In this document: one piece after another, positions 1-8,965 of the stretch
Layout: every line of letters begins with the position of its first letter
Position numbering within the stretch: the first letter of the stretch is position 1
NCBI GenBank assembly: GCA_910579485.1
Contig: CAJTVO010000002.1
Span: 7,804-71,803 of the forward strand
Source: an uncultured Oscillospiraceae bacterium
GTDB taxonomy: Bacteria > Bacillota > Clostridia > Oscillospirales > Oscillospiraceae
DNA: 64,000 nucleotides
Direction: 5' to 3'
The notes under the pieces: model-generated
What the model saw: only the letters and a program-made list of their open reading frames with translations
Told to the model about the DNA's origin: nothing
The model's database searches: none
Program-made: the position numbers and the translations under genes

Positions 1-1941
1 AAGTGGTTCCTGCGGGCCGCCGAACAGGAGTACCCCCGGGCGCTTCAGCTGCTGGGCGAGTGCTACGATTTCGGCTATGGCGTGGAGAAGGACGTGGCCA
101 AGGCGGCCCAGCTCTATGCCGCCGCCAATGAGAAGGACCACGCTCCGGCGGCCACGGCCCTTGGGCTGTGCTACGAGCTGGGCCGGGGCGTGGAGCGGGA
201 TCTGCGCCGGGCGGTGGAGCTCTACCGGAAGGCCGCGGAGGCGGGAGACGTTCGGGGACAGTGCAACCTGGGCTACTGCTGCTATCAGGGCATCGGGACG
301 GAGGTGGACGATGCCGAGGCCGTCAAATGGTTCGCCGCCGCCGCGGAGCGGGAGTATCCCCGGGCGCAGTTCCTGCTGGGACAGTGCCGGGAGTTCGGGT
401 ATGGGGTGGAACAGGATGTGGATTCCGCCATTGAGCTCTACCGCTCCGCCTGGGAGAAGGGACACGCGCCCGCCGCCGCCGCCCTTGGGCTGTGCTATGA
501 GCAGGGCAAGGGCGTGGAACTGGACAAGGCCAAGGCGGTGGAGTATTACACCTTGGGCGCCGAGGCGGGAGACGCGCGGGCTCAGTGCAACTTGGGGTTC
601 TGCTGCTACCAGGGCATCGGGACGGAAATGAACGACGACGAGGCCGTCAAGTGGTTTGAGAAGGCCGCTCAGCAGGACTACCCCAGAGCCCAGCAGCTGT
701 TGGGCGAGTGTTACGAAAACGGCTACGGCGTGGAGAAGGACCCGCAAAGGGCGTTCCAGCTCTATCAGAAGTCCCATGAGAACGGGCACGCTCCCGGCAC
801 CTGCTCCCTGGGGCTGTGCTATGAGGCGGGAATCGGCGTGGAGGCCGACCCGCCCCGGGCGGTGGAGCTCTATCAGAAAGCCGCAGAAAGCGGCTATCCC
901 AGGGCTCAGTGCAACTTGGGGTTCTGCTACTACCGGGGCATCGGGACGGAGGAGGACAACGATCAGGCCTTCCAATGGTTCACCAAGGCGGCGGAGACCG
1001 GGCTCCCTCGGGCCCAGCAGCTTCTGGGGGAATGCTACGAGAACGGGTATGGCACGGAGATCGACCTGGCGCGGGCGTTCCAGCTCTACCAGGCCGCCCA
1101 CGAGCAGGGCTATGCCCCCGCCACCTGCGCGCTGGGGGTGTGCTACGAGTTCGGAGACGGCGTCAGGGAAGACAAGGCCAAGGCCGCGGCCCTCTATTTG
1201 CAGGCCGCCAACGCGGGCCACGTCCGGGCCCAGTGCAACTATGGGTACTGCTGCTACCGGGGCATCGGCATGGAGGAAGACGACCAGGAAGCCGTCCGTT
1301 GGTTCAGCAAGGCCGCCCAGGCGGGCAGTGCCCGGGCCCAGATGCTGCTGGGCGAGTGCTATGAGAACGGGTACGGCGTAGAGGCGGATCCCGAGAAGGC
1401 GTTTCAGTTCTACTTGCAGGCCCATGAGGGGGGCAGCTCCGCCGGAACCTGTTCCCTGGGGCTGTGCTACGAGCTGGGTACCGGCGTGGAGCAGGATAAG
1501 GAGAGGGCGGCGCAGCTCTACCTCCAGGCCGCCCAGGCGGGGAACGCGCGGGCCCAATGCAACCTGGGATTCTTCTACTACCACGGCATCGGTGTGGAGG
1601 AGGACAACGATCAGGCCTTCCAATGGTTCTCCCAGTCGGCGGAGAAGGAGTACCACCGGGCGGAGTTCTTCCTGGGCGAGTGCTACGAGAACGGCTACGG
1701 CGTGGAGAAGGATCTGAGCCGCGCCGTGGAATATTACATCAAGGCCCACGAGGGCGGACGCTCGGACGGGACCTTCGCGCTGGCCGCCTGCTTTGAGAAG
1801 GGGCTGGGCGTGAAGGCGGACCCGGCCAAGGCCCTGGCCCTCTATCAGGAGGCCGCCGGGCAGGGGCACAAGGAGGCTCAGGAGGCGGTACAGCGCCTCA
1901 CCGGAAAGAAGAAGCGCCGGTTTCCCTGGCAGAAGAAATGA
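1..1941 (+). CDS. Sel1-like repeat (SLR/TPR-family) protein, 5'-partial (runs off window start)
   Basis: Frame 1 is open from nt 1 (KWFLRAAEQEYPRALQLLGECYDFGYGVEKD...) to the TGA at 1939-1941. About 17 consecutive 36-aa Sel1 motifs (LGxCYExGxGVExDxxxAxxLYxxAA). The first ATG of the track ORF (82) lies inside a repeat, so the real start is upstream of the window. Confidence 0.85.
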   Translation, partial: KWFLRAAEQEYPRALQLLGECYDFGYGVEKDVAKAAQLYAAANEKDHAPAATALGLCYELGRGVERDLRRAVELYRKAAEAGDVRGQCNLGYCCYQGIGTEVDDAEAVKWFAAAAEREYPRAQFLLGQCREFGYGVEQDVDSAIELYRSAWEKGHAPAAAALGLCYEQGKGVELDKAKAVEYYTLGAEAGDARAQCNLGFCCYQGIGTEMNDDEAVKWFEKAAQQDYPRAQQLLGECYENGYGVEKDPQRAFQLYQKSHENGHAPGTCSLGLCYEAGIGVEADPPRAVELYQKAAESGYPRAQCNLGFCYYRGIGTEEDNDQAFQWFTKAAETGLPRAQQLLGECYENGYGTEIDLARAFQLYQAAHEQGYAPATCALGVCYEFGDGVREDKAKAAALYLQAANAGHVRAQCNYGYCCYRGIGMEEDDQEAVRWFSKAAQAGSARAQMLLGECYENGYGVEADPEKAFQFYLQAHEGGSSAGTCSLGLCYELGTGVEQDKERAAQLYLQAAQAGNARAQCNLGFFYYHGIGVEEDNDQAFQWFSQSAEKEYHRAEFFLGECYENGYGVEKDLSRAVEYYIKAHEGGRSDGTFALAACFEKGLGVKADPAKALALYQEAAGQGHKEAQEAVQRLTGKKKRRFPWQKK

Positions 1942-1946
1942 AAGAA

Positions 1947-1989
1947 CGACCCTGACGGCTCGCCATGAGGCCGTCAGGGTCGTTTTTTT
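1947..1989. terminator. Rho-independent terminator between convergent genes
   Basis: Hairpin ACGACCCTGACGGC / GCCGTCAGGGTCGT followed by a T7 run, immediately after the Sel1 gene stop. Confidence 0.75.
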
Positions 1990-2770
1990 ACGGGCGGGGC
2001 TGCCGCCGCGGGGGCAGGAGTTCCGGCAGGATGTCCTCCACCTCCGGGTACATGAGAAATCCGGCGGTAAATCCCAGGTCATGGCCCATGCGGAGCTTCC
2101 GGCGGAGGGTGTCGGCGTCGTCGAAGAGCACAAACCGGCTATCCTCAGTGTCTGTAAAGGTGAAATACTTTGCACAGAGATCGTGGGAGTAAAACACGGA
2201 CTGCTGCTTTCTTCCCATCATTTCCGCCAGTTTTTCCCTGTCAAGTGGTTCCCCTTCCCCAGTGGGACAGGGCAGCGGGAAGCTCATACGCAGGCGCTGG
2301 AGATCCAGGGCCACCCTTCCCCTGCCGAATTGCCGTGCGCCCTCCTCCAAGCGTTGCTGGAGGTTCCCGCCGGACAGGGCGGTGCAGATCAGCACGGAGG
2401 CTTCGGGCACCCGGGCGCCGTAGGACTCCGGCACGAAGAGTCCCCTCCCGTTCCGGGTCAGGATACGGCCCAGGTTCTCCAGGAAGGCCGTCCGGTCCGC
2501 CGACACCGGCTGTTCGAGATCCGCAAAGACGCCGCCGTATCCCCGGTTGCCGCACTCCCGCCACACGTCCCGGCACAGGGCGGCGGGGTCCAGGATGGGG
2601 CCGCAGTCCCGGTCTCCCAGGACCATGAGGCCGCCCCGGGTCCTGGCCAGCAGGTCCCGGCGGGCCAGACGGCCGTCCCGCCCGATCCGGTAGGCCACGT
2701 GGGCCAGACGGTCGGTGTAGCGGGCGGCCTCCCGGAGCTTGTCGGGCGTAACGGCCAAATAGAGCTGCAC
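1988..2770 (-). CDS. hypothetical protein
   Basis: 260-aa ORF with a GTG start preceded by a G-rich RBS. It fills the gap between convergent/divergent neighbours. I cannot name a family with confidence. Confidence 0.55.
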   Translation of the reverse strand: MQLYLAVTPDKLREAARYTDRLAHVAYRIGRDGRLARRDLLARTRGGLMVLGDRDCGPILDPAALCRDVWRECGNRGYGGVFADLEQPVSADRTAFLENLGRILTRNGRGLFVPESYGARVPEASVLICTALSGGNLQQRLEEGARQFGRGRVALDLQRLRMSFPLPCPTGEGEPLDREKLAEMMGRKQQSVFYSHDLCAKYFTFTDTEDSRFVLFDDADTLRRKLRMGHDLGFTAGFLMYPEVEDILPELLPPRRQPRP

Positions 2771-2846
2771 AGGCGCTTCCCCCCTCTTGTGAAATCTGAA
2801 AAATGGTGCTATACTCTTCCCATACTATGCGATCAAGGAGGGCGCT

Positions 2847-3350
2847 ATGCCACTTTCCCTTATCCCGGACCGGCTGTACAGCCGGTACACCGAACTTACC
2901 CCCCAGGTGCTGAACGGCCTGGGCGTCCGGTTGCTGCTGTGCGACCTGGACTACACCCTGGCCCCCCGGCAGGTGAAGCGGCCGGACGACGCCCTCCGCG
3001 CCTGGATCGGCGAGTGCCGGAAGGCGGGGATCACGGTGATGATCCTCTCCAACAACCGGTCCTCCCGGCGGGTGGAGACCTTCTGCGGAGATCTGGGCAT
3101 CCGGTACGTGGGCCACGCCGGGAAGCCGGGGACCAAGGGATACCGGCAGGCCATGGAACAGGCGGGCGAGACGCCGGGGCACACCGCCATGGTGGGCGAC
3201 AAGCTCCTTACCGACGTGCTGGGCGCCAAGCGCTCCGGGATGCTGGCGCTGATGGTGGAGCCCCTGGGAGGCCCCGTGGGGGCCTGGAACCATGTGCTCC
3301 ACGGACTGCAGAGGCCCTTCAAATGGATCGCGAAAAGGAGAACACTATGA
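2847..3350 (+). CDS. yqeG: YqeG-family HAD-IIIA phosphatase
   Basis: AAGGAGG RBS before the ATG. Motifs LLCDLDYTL (DxD nucleophile), ILSNN, GKP and MVGDKLLTDV are typical of YqeG/HAD-IIIA. 167 aa. Confidence 0.85.
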   Translation: MPLSLIPDRLYSRYTELTPQVLNGLGVRLLLCDLDYTLAPRQVKRPDDALRAWIGECRKAGITVMILSNNRSSRRVETFCGDLGIRYVGHAGKPGTKGYRQAMEQAGETPGHTAMVGDKLLTDVLGAKRSGMLALMVEPLGGPVGAWNHVLHGLQRPFKWIAKRRTL

Positions 3351-4417
3351 GCCGTTTTCAGAAGATCGCCGAGAAGCTGGCGTCCTATGGGCTGGATGCC
3401 ATGATGATCACCAGTGAGCCCAACCGGCTGTACGCCGCGCAGTTCCACTCCACGGCAGGGGTGGCGCTGGTGACGCGGGAGAAGAGCTGGTTTTTTACCG
3501 ACAGCCGGTATATGGAGGCCGCCAGGAAGCAGATCGACGGCGCAGAGCTCCGGCTGAACACCACGGACGTTACGCTCAACGATCTGACCAACCAGGTCAT
3601 CCGGGCCCAAGGCATCCAGAAGCTGGGCTTCGAGGACCAGTACGCCACCGTGGCGGAGTACAACGTCTGGAAGGAAAAGCTGGCGTGCAGGGAGCTGGTC
3701 CCCGCCTCCGGACTGCTGTCGGAGCTGCGGATGGTCAAGGATGAGGAGGAGATCAAGAGCCTGGTGTGCGCCCAGCGGATCGCGGAGAAGGCCCTCCAGG
3801 ATGTGCTGGCATTCATCAAGCCCGGTGTGACGGAGCGGGAGATCTCTGCCTACCTCCAGTACCGGATGCTCTGCCACGGGGCGGAGAAGATGAGCTTCGA
3901 GCCCATCGTGGTCAGCGGCGCCAACGGCAGTATGCCCCATGGGGTCCCCTCCGGCAAGAAGGTGGAGGACGGGGACTTCATCACCATGGACTTCGGCTGC
4001 GTCTGGGGCGGCTACTGCTCCGACATGACCCGGACCGTGGCGGTGGGCCATGTGACGGAGGAGATGGAGAAGGTCTATTACACCGTATTGGAGGCCCAGA
4101 AGGCCGGCATCGCCGCCGCCAGGGCCGGGGTCACCGGCAGGGCCGTCCACGAGGCGGCGGCCAAGGTCATCGAGGACGCGGGGTACGGGGAGTACTTCGG
4201 CCACGGTTTCGGTCACGGCGTGGGCGTGGAGATCCACGAGAGTCCCCGGGCCGCCATGACCAACGACAAGCCCCTGCCCGCAGGGGCGGTCATCTCCGCC
4301 GAGCCGGGGATCTATCTGCCGGGACGGTTCGGCGTGCGCATCGAGGACGTAATCGTGGTCAAGGAGGACGGGTGCGTGGACATCACGGAAGCCCCCCACG
4401 AGCTGATCGTTTTATGA
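3347..4417 (+). CDS. M24-family Xaa-Pro aminopeptidase
   Basis: MSRFQKIAEKLASYGLDAMMITSEPNRLY..., with metal ligands in DFGCVWGGYCSDMTRT, HGFGHGVG, EPGIY and IEDVIVV. The ATG at 3347 overlaps the yqeG stop. The track ORF 2081..4417 is over-extended upstream. Confidence 0.9.
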   Translation: MSRFQKIAEKLASYGLDAMMITSEPNRLYAAQFHSTAGVALVTREKSWFFTDSRYMEAARKQIDGAELRLNTTDVTLNDLTNQVIRAQGIQKLGFEDQYATVAEYNVWKEKLACRELVPASGLLSELRMVKDEEEIKSLVCAQRIAEKALQDVLAFIKPGVTEREISAYLQYRMLCHGAEKMSFEPIVVSGANGSMPHGVPSGKKVEDGDFITMDFGCVWGGYCSDMTRTVAVGHVTEEMEKVYYTVLEAQKAGIAAARAGVTGRAVHEAAAKVIEDAGYGEYFGHGFGHGVGVEIHESPRAAMTNDKPLPAGAVISAEPGIYLPGRFGVRIEDVIVVKEDGCVDITEAPHELIVL

Positions 4418-4953
4418 ATGCGCTGGTCATCAACTGCAGTCCCGTCCGGAACGGGGCAACGGCGGAGATCGTCCGGATCGTCTCAAGGCAGTTGGGCGGG
4501 AAATACACGGTGGAGCCCGTCTGTATTGACGACTACGACATCCATTTCTGCCGGGGATGCAGGAGCTGCCATACGACAGCGGCCTGCGTCCAGCATGACG
4601 GCGTGGACCGTCTGATGGAGCGGTTCGAGTGGGCGGACGTTGTCGTTTCGGTTGCTCCCTCCTACTGGGCGGATATTCCCGGGCAGTTCAAGGCGTTCAT
4701 CGACCGGTGTACGCCGTGGTGCAATACCCACGAGCCCCACGCGAAGCTGAGCGGCGGCAAAAGAGGCTATGCAATCGCCCTGCGGACTGGGCCCAGTATG
4801 CGGGAATGCGAGAGGATCATCGAAAGCATCCAGCATTTTTACGGCCACCTGGAGATCGAGAGCTGCGGCAGTCTTGGGCTGTGCTCCATCGAGTACAAGG
4901 AGGACGTCGCGCCGAGGGAGCGGGAGATCGTGCGCTTTTGCGATTCGATTTGA
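4414..4953 (+). CDS. flavodoxin-like / iron-sulfur flavoprotein family NAD(P)H-dependent oxidoreductase
   Basis: MNALVINCSPVRNG... with FCRGCRSCHTTAAC and SVAPSYWADIPGQFKAFIDR. ATGA overlap with the upstream aminopeptidase stop. 179 aa. Confidence 0.75.
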   Translation: MNALVINCSPVRNGATAEIVRIVSRQLGGKYTVEPVCIDDYDIHFCRGCRSCHTTAACVQHDGVDRLMERFEWADVVVSVAPSYWADIPGQFKAFIDRCTPWCNTHEPHAKLSGGKRGYAIALRTGPSMRECERIIESIQHFYGHLEIESCGSLGLCSIEYKEDVAPREREIVRFCDSI

Positions 4954-4957
4954 TGTG

Positions 4958-4995
4958 AAAAGGACTGGAGACGCAAAATCTCCAGTCCTTTTTCT
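4958..4995. terminator. Bidirectional rho-independent terminator
   Basis: AGGACTGGAGA-cgcaaaa-TCTCCAGTCCT flanked by an A-run and a T5 run, between convergent genes (flavoprotein on +, metH on -). Confidence 0.75.
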
Positions 4996-4999
4996 CTCG

Positions 5000-7354
5000 T
5001 TATTGATCCTTTCCGAACACCTGCGCCGCCACCCTGGCAGACTGGGCGGCGTCCTTGGTGTAGAAGTCCGCGCCGATGCGGTCCGCGAACTCCTGGGTTA
5101 CCACCGCGCCGCCTACCATCACCTTGCAGGGCGCGCCCGCCTCCCGGAGGGCTTGGATGGTAGTGGCGATGTTCTGGGCTGTGGTGGTCATCAGGGAGCT
5201 GAGGCCCACCAGCGGGGCCTTCGTCTCCAGAGCCACCTGGACGACGGTTTCCGGCGATACGTCCCGGCCCAGGTCGATGACGCGGTAGCCGTAGTTCTCC
5301 AGGAGCATCTTCACGATGTTCTTGCCGATGTCGTGGACGTCGTTCTTCACGGTGGCCAGGAGGATGGTCCCCTTGTCCCCCGCCCCTTGGGGCAGACGCT
5401 TGCGGAGCACGTCAAAGGCCGCCTTTACCGCGCCGGCGGAGGCCATGAGCTGGGGCAGGAACAGGCTCCCCTCCTCGTAGCGCTCCCCTACCCGGTCCAG
5501 GGCGGGAATGATGCGGCGGTCGATGATCTCCAGAGGCGTCTCCGCCTCCAGCAGGGCCTCCACGGCGGCGGGAACGCCGGACTTCATCCCACTGGCGATC
5601 AGCAGCTCCAGACTTTCCTGGGGCAGATGGACCGGGTGGTCCGGCCCGCCAACGATCTGATGCCGCGCAATATAGCTCATGCAGCCGGGGTCCTGCCCGG
5701 TCAGGACCTTCATGGCGGACAGGGTATCCCGGACGCGGCTGGACTCTGTATTGACGATCGCCACGTTCAGCCCCGCCGCCAGACAGGCCGAGAGGTAGGC
5801 GCAGTTCAGCTCGTCCCGGCCAGGCAGGCCGTAGCTGACGTTGGATACACCCAGGACCGTCTTGTATCCCGCCTGCCGGACCAGGCGGATGGCCTCCGGC
5901 GTGACCAGGGCGTCCTTCTGGCTCACGGAGGCCGCCAGGGCCAGGCAGTCGATCCAGATGTCCTCCCGGCGGACGCCCGCCTGCTCCGCCGCCTCGGCGA
6001 CCCGCAGGGCGGTATCCCGGCGGGCCTCCGGCTGGGAGGAGATGCCTCCGGCGTCCAGGGCCAAGACGATGAGGCCCGTGCCGTACTTCGCCGCCAGGGG
6101 GAGCATGGAGGCCATGCTCTCCTTCCCGCCGTTCACGGAGTTCAGCACCGGACGCCCCCGGCACACGCGGAGGGCTTTTTCCAGGGCCGCCGGGTCGGAA
6201 CAGTCGATGACCAGAGGCAAGGGGGACACCTTCTGGATGGCCAGCACCAGGGCGGGCAGGGCCTCCCCCTCGTCGATGTCCGGCAGTCCCGCGTTCACCA
6301 CCAGAAAGTCCGCGCCCTCCCGCTCCTGCCAGACCGCTGCCTCGGCGGCGGCCTCCCAGTCTTTCGCGTAGAGGGCCTTCTTCATCGCAGGGCGGCCGGT
6401 GGGGTTCATGCGCTCCCCTACCGCGGCGATGGTATCCAGGTCCAGCGTTACCGCCCCCTGCCAGCCGCACAGGCGGCTCAGGCCATCCCTGGGACGGGGC
6501 GGGACGCTCCCGGTCCCCCGCCGGTCCAGAAGGGCCCGCAGGGCCCGGATATGGTCTGGCGTGGTGCCGCAGCAGCCGCCCAAGATGGACGCGCCGTCCT
6601 CCAGGAAGAGAGCCGCCCAGCGGGCGAACTCCTCCGGGGCCACGTCGTAGACGGTCTCGCCGTCCTCCAGGCGGGGCAGGCCCGCGTTGGGCTGGATCAT
6701 GACGGGCAGATGGGTGTGGCAGAGGACCTCCTCCAATACGGGGCGCAGTTCGCGGGGACCGGCGGAGCAGTTGACGCCGACGGCGTCCGCCCCCAGGCTG
6801 GTCAAGGTCACCGCTGCCGCCGCAGGGTCCACGCCCAGGAAGGTGCGTCCGTCCGCTCCGAAGGTCATGGTGACGAAGACGGGGAGATTTGTCCGCTCCT
6901 TGGCCGCCAGCAGGGCGGCTTTGGCCTCCAGGAGGTCGCTGATGGTCTCGATGAGGATCAGGTCCGCCTCGGCGGCAACCCCGGCGTCCATGATCTCGGC
7001 GAACATGGCGTAGGCCTCGTCGAAGGTCAGTTCACCGAAGGGCTCCAGCAGGGCGCCCAGGGGGCCTACGTCCAGGGCGACGTATCTATCCGGGCCGGCG
7101 GCCCGGCGGGCGATGGCGACGGCGGCGGCGATATAGGGGGCGGGGTCCTCCCCCAGCTTCCGGCGGCTGGCGCCGAAGGTGTTGGCAGTGAGGATGTCCG
7201 CGCCTGCCAAGGCATAGGCGGTGTGGACGGCCTCCACTGCCTGCGGGGCGGTGAGGTTCATCGTCTCCGGCGGCGCGCCCGCCGGGAGGCCCGCCTGCTG
7301 CAGCATGGTGCCCATGGCGCCGTCAAAGAGGCGGGGGATGGTCAGGTCCAGCAT
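5000..7354 (-). CDS. metH: cobalamin-dependent methionine synthase (Hcy S-methyltransferase + pterin-binding + B12-binding; no AdoMet-activation domain)
   Basis: MLDLTIPRLFDGAMGTMLQ (Hcy-binding), GGCCGTTPDHI, a pterin-binding middle region, and the C-terminal B12 motif DVHDIGKN...MVGG. The start was taken at the internal ATG (7354) after the GAAAGGA RBS. The track ORF extends to 7453, into a terminator. Confidence 0.9.
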   Translation of the reverse strand: MLDLTIPRLFDGAMGTMLQQAGLPAGAPPETMNLTAPQAVEAVHTAYALAGADILTANTFGASRRKLGEDPAPYIAAAVAIARRAAGPDRYVALDVGPLGALLEPFGELTFDEAYAMFAEIMDAGVAAEADLILIETISDLLEAKAALLAAKERTNLPVFVTMTFGADGRTFLGVDPAAAAVTLTSLGADAVGVNCSAGPRELRPVLEEVLCHTHLPVMIQPNAGLPRLEDGETVYDVAPEEFARWAALFLEDGASILGGCCGTTPDHIRALRALLDRRGTGSVPPRPRDGLSRLCGWQGAVTLDLDTIAAVGERMNPTGRPAMKKALYAKDWEAAAEAAVWQEREGADFLVVNAGLPDIDEGEALPALVLAIQKVSPLPLVIDCSDPAALEKALRVCRGRPVLNSVNGGKESMASMLPLAAKYGTGLIVLALDAGGISSQPEARRDTALRVAEAAEQAGVRREDIWIDCLALAASVSQKDALVTPEAIRLVRQAGYKTVLGVSNVSYGLPGRDELNCAYLSACLAAGLNVAIVNTESSRVRDTLSAMKVLTGQDPGCMSYIARHQIVGGPDHPVHLPQESLELLIASGMKSGVPAAVEALLEAETPLEIIDRRIIPALDRVGERYEEGSLFLPQLMASAGAVKAAFDVLRKRLPQGAGDKGTILLATVKNDVHDIGKNIVKMLLENYGYRVIDLGRDVSPETVVQVALETKAPLVGLSSLMTTTAQNIATTIQALREAGAPCKVMVGGAVVTQEFADRIGADFYTKDAAQSARVAAQVFGKDQ

Positions 7355-7392
7355 GGTCGTGGGTCCTTTCTTTCGTTGTGCGGACGGTAATG

Positions 7393-7422
7393 AAAAAAGC
7401 GTGCCTTCCGGCACGCTTTTTT
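7393..7422 (-). terminator. Rho-independent terminator after xerD
   Basis: AAAAAAGCGTGCC-ttcc-GGCACGCTTTTTT. It overlaps the xerD stop codon by 1 nt and lies 38 nt upstream of the metH ATG. Confidence 0.8.
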
Positions 7423-8309
7423 CATGCCCTTGGGTGGGCCTTATGATACACATCCTGCAATTTCTGCTTGATCATATGGGAATAAATTTGGGTCGAAGAA
7501 ATATCCGCGTGCCCCAGCATCTCCTGGATGGAGCGGAGGTCCGCCCCGTTCTCCAGCAGGTGGGCCGCGAAGGAGTGGCGCAGCGTATGGGGCGTGATGT
7601 CCTTGTCGATCTGGGCCTTCTCTTGGTAATATTTGATGATCTTCCAAAAGCCCTGGCGGCTCATCCGCTCGCCGCTCATGTTCACGAACAGCGCCTTCTC
7701 CCGGGGATCTAAAACGAGCTGGCCGCGAATGTCCCGCATATAGTCGCTCAGCGCCTTTACCGCCCCGGAGTACAGCGGGATGATCCGCTCCTTCCCCCGG
7801 CTGGTACAGCGGATGAAGGACCCCGTTAGGTTTACGTCTCCTATGTTCAGGCCGATCAGCTCGCTGACCCGGATGCCCGTAGCGTACAGAAGCTCCAGCA
7901 TGGCGTGGTCGCGGTAGCCCTTGGGATCGACGCACTGGGGCTGCTCAAGGAAGAGCTCCACTTCCTTGCCGGTGAGGATCTGGGGGAGCTTGCGCTCCGT
8001 CTTTACCGGCGCGGCGTCCTTGGCGGGGTTGTAGCGGATGACGCCCCGGTTCTTCAGATAGCCATAATAGGACTTCAGCGAGGCCACGCTGCGGGCGATG
8101 CTGGAGGCGGACTTCCCTTTCCCGGACATGGCGGCTATGTAGCGCTCGATATGCTCCGTCTCCGCCTGGGGCAGTTCTACGTCCTCCGACTCCAGGAGGT
8201 ATCGGGAAAACTGCGTGACATCCCGCACATAGGAGGTGATGGTATTCGCAGACGCGCTGCGCTCCATCTCCAGATAGCCCGCAAAGCCCTCGATATAATA
8301 CTCCGTCAC
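7422..8309 (-). CDS. xerD: site-specific tyrosine recombinase XerD/XerC
   Basis: GTG start after a GGGAGGGG RBS. It has an N-terminal SAM-like domain (TITSYVRDVTQFSRYL). The catalytic residues lie in ATGIRVSEL, HTLRHSFAAHLLENGADLRSIQEMLGHADISSTQIYSH (R..HxxR..Y). Confidence 0.9.
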   Translation of the reverse strand: MTEYYIEGFAGYLEMERSASANTITSYVRDVTQFSRYLLESEDVELPQAETEHIERYIAAMSGKGKSASSIARSVASLKSYYGYLKNRGVIRYNPAKDAAPVKTERKLPQILTGKEVELFLEQPQCVDPKGYRDHAMLELLYATGIRVSELIGLNIGDVNLTGSFIRCTSRGKERIIPLYSGAVKALSDYMRDIRGQLVLDPREKALFVNMSGERMSRQGFWKIIKYYQEKAQIDKDITPHTLRHSFAAHLLENGADLRSIQEMLGHADISSTQIYSHMIKQKLQDVYHKAHPRA

Positions 8310-8332
8310 GGCATCCCCTCCCTTCTTTCGAT

Positions 8333-8965
8333 CTATATCGCACCCAGCGCCAGCCGGAACAGCAGCGGCGTCAGCATCCGCTCGCAGAATACGCCCAGCG
8401 CCAGGACCACACCGCACAACACGAACCACAAAAAATAACGGCTTCCATACAGCACGGGGGACGAGCGCTTCCCTCGTCCGAAGGACAGGGAGAACAGCTC
8501 CGTGGACAGCGGCCACGCCGCCCCCGCCAACAGGAAAAAGCAGGGCAGGGTGAACACCAGCCGCACCACCATGGCCCCCAAGGCCAGGGCCGCTCCCGCC
8601 CGCCCGTAGCACCGGACGAAGCAGGACACCGTATACATGGTGAAAAAACCAAACATCCCGGACAAGGCCGGGATCAGCACTACGCCCGCCGCAGAGAATC
8701 CCAGCAGGAACAGCAGCACCGCGTATCCAAAATACATGACCACGCAGCTGAGCAGCGATATCTCGATGCCGCCGCCGTCGTACAGACGGCAATAGTCCCC
8801 CAGATATTGCCCCAGGGCCTCCCAGGCCTCCTGGCCGCAGGACCCGGCGTACAAGTGCCCCGCCAGCGCCCCGCCCAGAAAGGCCAGGGCCAGCAGGAGC
8901 AGCCGCACCAGGCCGGGGTCCCAGCCTCCCAGCCGGATCGTTCGCAGTACCATACGTCCACGCAT
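8333..8965 (-). CDS. spoIIM: stage II sporulation protein M
   Basis: 210-aa polytopic membrane protein with SpoIIM-like layout. It lies next to xerD, as I recall for the B. subtilis spoIIM-fur-ripX region. Confidence 0.7.
   Translation of the reverse strand: MRGRMVLRTIRLGGWDPGLVRLLLLALAFLGGALAGHLYAGSCGQEAWEALGQYLGDYCRLYDGGGIEISLLSCVVMYFGYAVLLFLLGFSAAGVVLIPALSGMFGFFTMYTVSCFVRCYGRAGAALALGAMVVRLVFTLPCFFLLAGAAWPLSTELFSLSFGRGKRSSPVLYGSRYFLWFVLCGVVLALGVFCERMLTPLLFRLALGAI

Noticed and set aside
1-1941. Regular 108-nt/324-nt periodicity considered as a possible CRISPR or non-coding tandem array
   Set aside because: The periodicity is in frame, the units are not interrupted by unique spacers, and the translation is a canonical Sel1 repeat protein.
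2081-3346. Upstream 420 codons of track ORF 2081..4417, plus overlapping ORFs 2241..3302(-) and 2951..4399(-)
   Set aside because: The extension runs antisense through gene 1988-2770 and in another frame through yqeG. The aminopeptidase homology begins only at the ATG at 3347, which has an RBS. The minus-strand ORFs are Pro/Gly/Arg-rich artefacts.
4769-7390. 873-aa + strand ORF
   Set aside because: It is antisense to metH, which has clear domain motifs. The product is Gly/Arg/Ala/Pro-rich low-complexity sequence typical of the reverse frame of a high-GC gene. It has no RBS and no recognisable domains.
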